Positions 16,186-18,081 of a stretch of 18,081 nucleotides of DNA are shown piece after piece; position 1 is the first letter of the stretch; the number at the start of each line of letters is the position of its first letter. Location: contig JBFLZG010000011.1 of NCBI GenBank assembly GCA_040756235.1, positions 1 through 18,081 of the forward strand. Direction: 5' to 3'. Made by a program: the position numbers and the translations under genes. The notes under the pieces are model-generated. The model saw only the letters and a program-made list of their open reading frames with translations. It searched no databases and was not told where the DNA came from. The stretch is from a bacterium. Lineage in GTDB: Bacteria; Desulfobacterota; DSWW01.

Positions 16186-16214
16186 AGTATACTCCGGGGG
16201 GAAGAGGGCTGCCA
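16186..16214 (-). promoter_or_regulatory. Possible sigma-70 promoter of the C-N hydrolase (and perhaps MMPL) gene
   Basis: Minus strand TGGCAG, 17 nt, TATACT, about 40 nt upstream of ATG 16144. The -35 match is weak. Confidence 0.35.
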
Positions 16215-16289
16215 GCTCTGCCTTTTATCCGCAAATTACCGAGCGGAATATGCAATGCGCCCATTCTGGACAAGGTGTCGGTCTTCTAT

Positions 16290-16388
16290 CTTCTCCCCTC
16301 GCCGAGGGGAGAAGGTCGGGTGAGGGGTGCAGTTGCACATGTCCCCCCCTCACCCTGACCCTCTCCCCCCGTGCACGGGGGAGAGGGG
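16290..16388. repeat. CCCCTCACCC...CTCTCCC/GGGAGAGG paired palindromic repeat
   Basis: CTTCTCCCCTCGCCGAGGGGAGAAGGTCGGGTGAGGGG followed by its inverted partner CCCCTCACCCTGACCCTCTCCCCCCGTGCACGGGGGAGAGGGG. Confidence 0.85.
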
Positions 16389-16413
16389 ATTCGTTTTTCG
16401 TCACCCCCTGTCC

Positions 16414-16447
16414 CCGGAGGTTGCCACGGACCTTCGGTCCTCGCAAT
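16414..16447. repeat. Family A half-unit
   Basis: The 29 nt at 16419-16447 are identical to 10580-10608. Confidence 0.9.
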
Positions 16448-16505
16448 TTCCGATAGGTACAGAAGATCGCCACGTCGCTGGAGATGGTCCGCAGGCGTCC
16501 GGAAA

Positions 16506-16646
16506 GGGCGCCGGCATGCGTCGCCCCTGCAAGAGATTGTCCGCCGGCCCCCGGCACGGGCGCGGCAAGCAGCGCCCCTCTAGGGTCCCCCAATGCGAAC
16601 TCGTGTGAGCGCTCGGTCGGGTGGACAAAGCGAAGCGTGTCCACCA
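16506..16646. repeat. Three degenerate GTAG-type REPs
   Basis: 16506-16530 (GGGCGCCGGCATGCGTCGCCCCTGC), 16558-16580 (GGGCGCGGCAAGCAGCGCCCCTC) and 16616-16646 (GTCGGGTGGACAAAGCGAAGCGTGTCCACCA). Confidence 0.72.
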
Positions 16647-16699
16647 ACCACGATTCCTGACCGCGAGCGCGGCGACCCCCGGCGGTGCGACTGTATGAT

Positions 16700-16817
16700 T
16701 TCGTCATTCCGGCGCAGGCCGGAATCCAGTCCCTGCTCCCGGTCATCCCAGCGCATTGCTGGTCTCTCTCCTGGATCCCGGCTCACACGCGCTGCGCACC
16801 TCGGCCGGGATGACGAA
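16700..16817. repeat. TTCGTCATTCCGGC...GCCGGGATGACGAA palindromic element
   Basis: 14-nt near-perfect terminal inverted repeats. It is an inverted homolog of 6841-7057. Confidence 0.88.
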
Positions 16818-16833
16818 GCAGGACACGGGAAGA

Positions 16834-16863
16834 TTGACACGCCCTTCCGGCTTTTCCTATGCT
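16834..16863 (+). promoter_or_regulatory. Putative sigma-70 promoter of the OYE gene
   Basis: TTGACA (16834-16839), 18-nt spacer, TATGCT (16858-16863), 38 nt upstream of the ATG. Confidence 0.65.
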
Positions 16864-16901
16864 GCGCCCGACTTCCCCGTCCCGCAAAAATGGGGGTGCC
16901 C

Positions 16902-18081
16902 ATGGCATTCGAAGCGCTGTTCGATCCCATCGTAGTCGGAAGCAAGGAGCTGAAGAATCGCCTTGCCTTCGGGCCCATGGGCATGTGTTCCGCCGACGCC
17001 GACGGCTGCGTGACGGACCAGACCCTTTGCCACTATGTGGCACGGGCAAAGAGCGGGGTCGGGCTCGTCATCGTGGAGCACACGATGTGCGTTTACAGGT
17101 ACGGGCTGGCGGGAACGGGCGCTCTGAGCATCCATCAGGACCGGAACACGGCCGGAATGATGGACCTGGCCGATGCGATCCACGCGTGCGGCGCGGCCGC
17201 GGTCGTCCAGCTCGGGCTGGGGCTGGGCAGGCAGGCCGCGCTCCATCTGGAACCCGTGGGCCCTTCGCCGGTACCGTTCCACGTGCACGAAGGCAGCGCG
17301 CCCAGGGCCGTGAAGTTCTTCGAAGGCCTGACCGGGCCGGTGCCGCGGGAGCTGACCGAAGCGGAGATCCGGGAGCTCGAGGAAATGTACGTCGCCGCCG
17401 TGCGCAGGCTGAAACAGGCCGGCTTCGACGGGGTCGAGGTGCACGGCGCGCACGGCTACCTGCTGGCCAATTTCATTTCCCCCCTGTCGAACCGCAGGCT
17501 CGATCGGTACGGGGGGAGCCTCGAGAAACGCCTCGCTTTCGCGCTCGACCTGATCCGGCGCAGCCGGGAGGCTGCCGGCAACGATTTCATTCTGGGGTTC
17601 CGCATCAGCGGGGACGAACACGTGCCCGGCGGTCTCACGCTCGAGGACACCCTGAAGATCGTCCCGATCCTGGAGCAGGCCGGGATCGACTACATCCATC
17701 TTTCCTCCGGGTGCATGGAGTCCTGGAAGCACACCTTCCCGGAAAAGGAGCTCGTCATCCTGCCCGAGGCCGAGGCGGTCAAAGCGGTGGCCCGTGTCCC
17801 GGTGATCTGTCCCAACATTCACGATCCGGAGAAGGCCGCGAGGGCCGTGCAGGAAGGGAGGATCGACATCCTGTCGGCCGCCCGCCCGCTGCTGGCCGAT
17901 CCCCAGTGGCCGCACAAGGTCCGGGAGGGCCGGCTGGACGAGATCCGGAAGTGCATCCGCTGCTGCTGGTGTCTGCAGACCCTGTTTCAGGGCCTCCGCA
18001 CCCGTTGCGCCGTCAATCCGGACGTCGGCAGAGAGCGCTTCGTCCCCGAATACTGGCCGCCGCCCAGGAAGCGCCGCGGCC
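16902..18081 (+). CDS. NADH:flavin oxidoreductase / Old Yellow Enzyme family with Fe-S motif (partial, runs off the window)
   Basis: Manual translation from ATG 16902: MAFEALFDPIVVGSKELKNRLAFGPM...AGFDGVEVHGAHGYLL...SPLSNRRLDRYGGS...RPLLADPQWPHK...CIRCCWC-x11-CAVNP. No stop codon before the window end. Confidence 0.93.
   Translation, partial: MAFEALFDPIVVGSKELKNRLAFGPMGMCSADADGCVTDQTLCHYVARAKSGVGLVIVEHTMCVYRYGLAGTGALSIHQDRNTAGMMDLADAIHACGAAAVVQLGLGLGRQAALHLEPVGPSPVPFHVHEGSAPRAVKFFEGLTGPVPRELTEAEIRELEEMYVAAVRRLKQAGFDGVEVHGAHGYLLANFISPLSNRRLDRYGGSLEKRLAFALDLIRRSREAAGNDFILGFRISGDEHVPGGLTLEDTLKIVPILEQAGIDYIHLSSGCMESWKHTFPEKELVILPEAEAVKAVARVPVICPNIHDPEKAARAVQEGRIDILSAARPLLADPQWPHKVREGRLDEIRKCIRCCWCLQTLFQGLRTRCAVNPDVGRERFVPEYWPPPRKRRG

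Noticed and set aside
79..16447. 29-nt palindromic repeat as a CRISPR repeat
   Set aside because: Copies are kilobases apart, in both orientations, with no regular spacers and no cas genes.
16225..16984. Short ORFs in the hydrolase-OYE intergenic region
   Set aside because: They are largely translations of palindromic repeats (e.g. LTLTLSPR, WIPACAGMT, RGPKVRGN), not gene-like sequences.
16857..17915. 352-aa minus-strand ORF
   Set aside because: Antisense to the OYE gene that starts at 16902 on the plus strand.

Overview
GC-rich bacterial chromosomal window, plausibly from a Deltaproteobacteria/Myxococcota-like organism (inference from composition and gene content). It holds 13 supportable CDSs, left to right: a GAF-domain sigma-54 activator, a NUDIX hydrolase, an unknown lipoprotein, an SDR, a VOC-family protein, an Asp-box (sialidase-like) lipoprotein with an extra C-terminal domain, a CapK/PaaK-like ligase + GNAT + CapA metallophosphatase cassette, an APC amino-acid permease, an HpnN/MMPL-like RND transporter, a carbon-nitrogen hydrolase, and an Old Yellow Enzyme-family oxidoreductase that runs off the right edge and is absent from the ORF track. 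I found no rRNA, tRNA, CRISPR array, transposase or integrase. The most unusual structure is non-coding. Most larger intergenic gaps are filled with mosaics of at least five or six unrelated REP/MITE-like palindrome families. These nest in one another, supply stop codons to two genes and possibly a -10 box to a third, and several families keep a C-GNA-G triloop hairpin whose N position varies. I cannot claim a proven novel system. The repeat mosaic and the CapK-GNAT-CapA cassette are the best leads.
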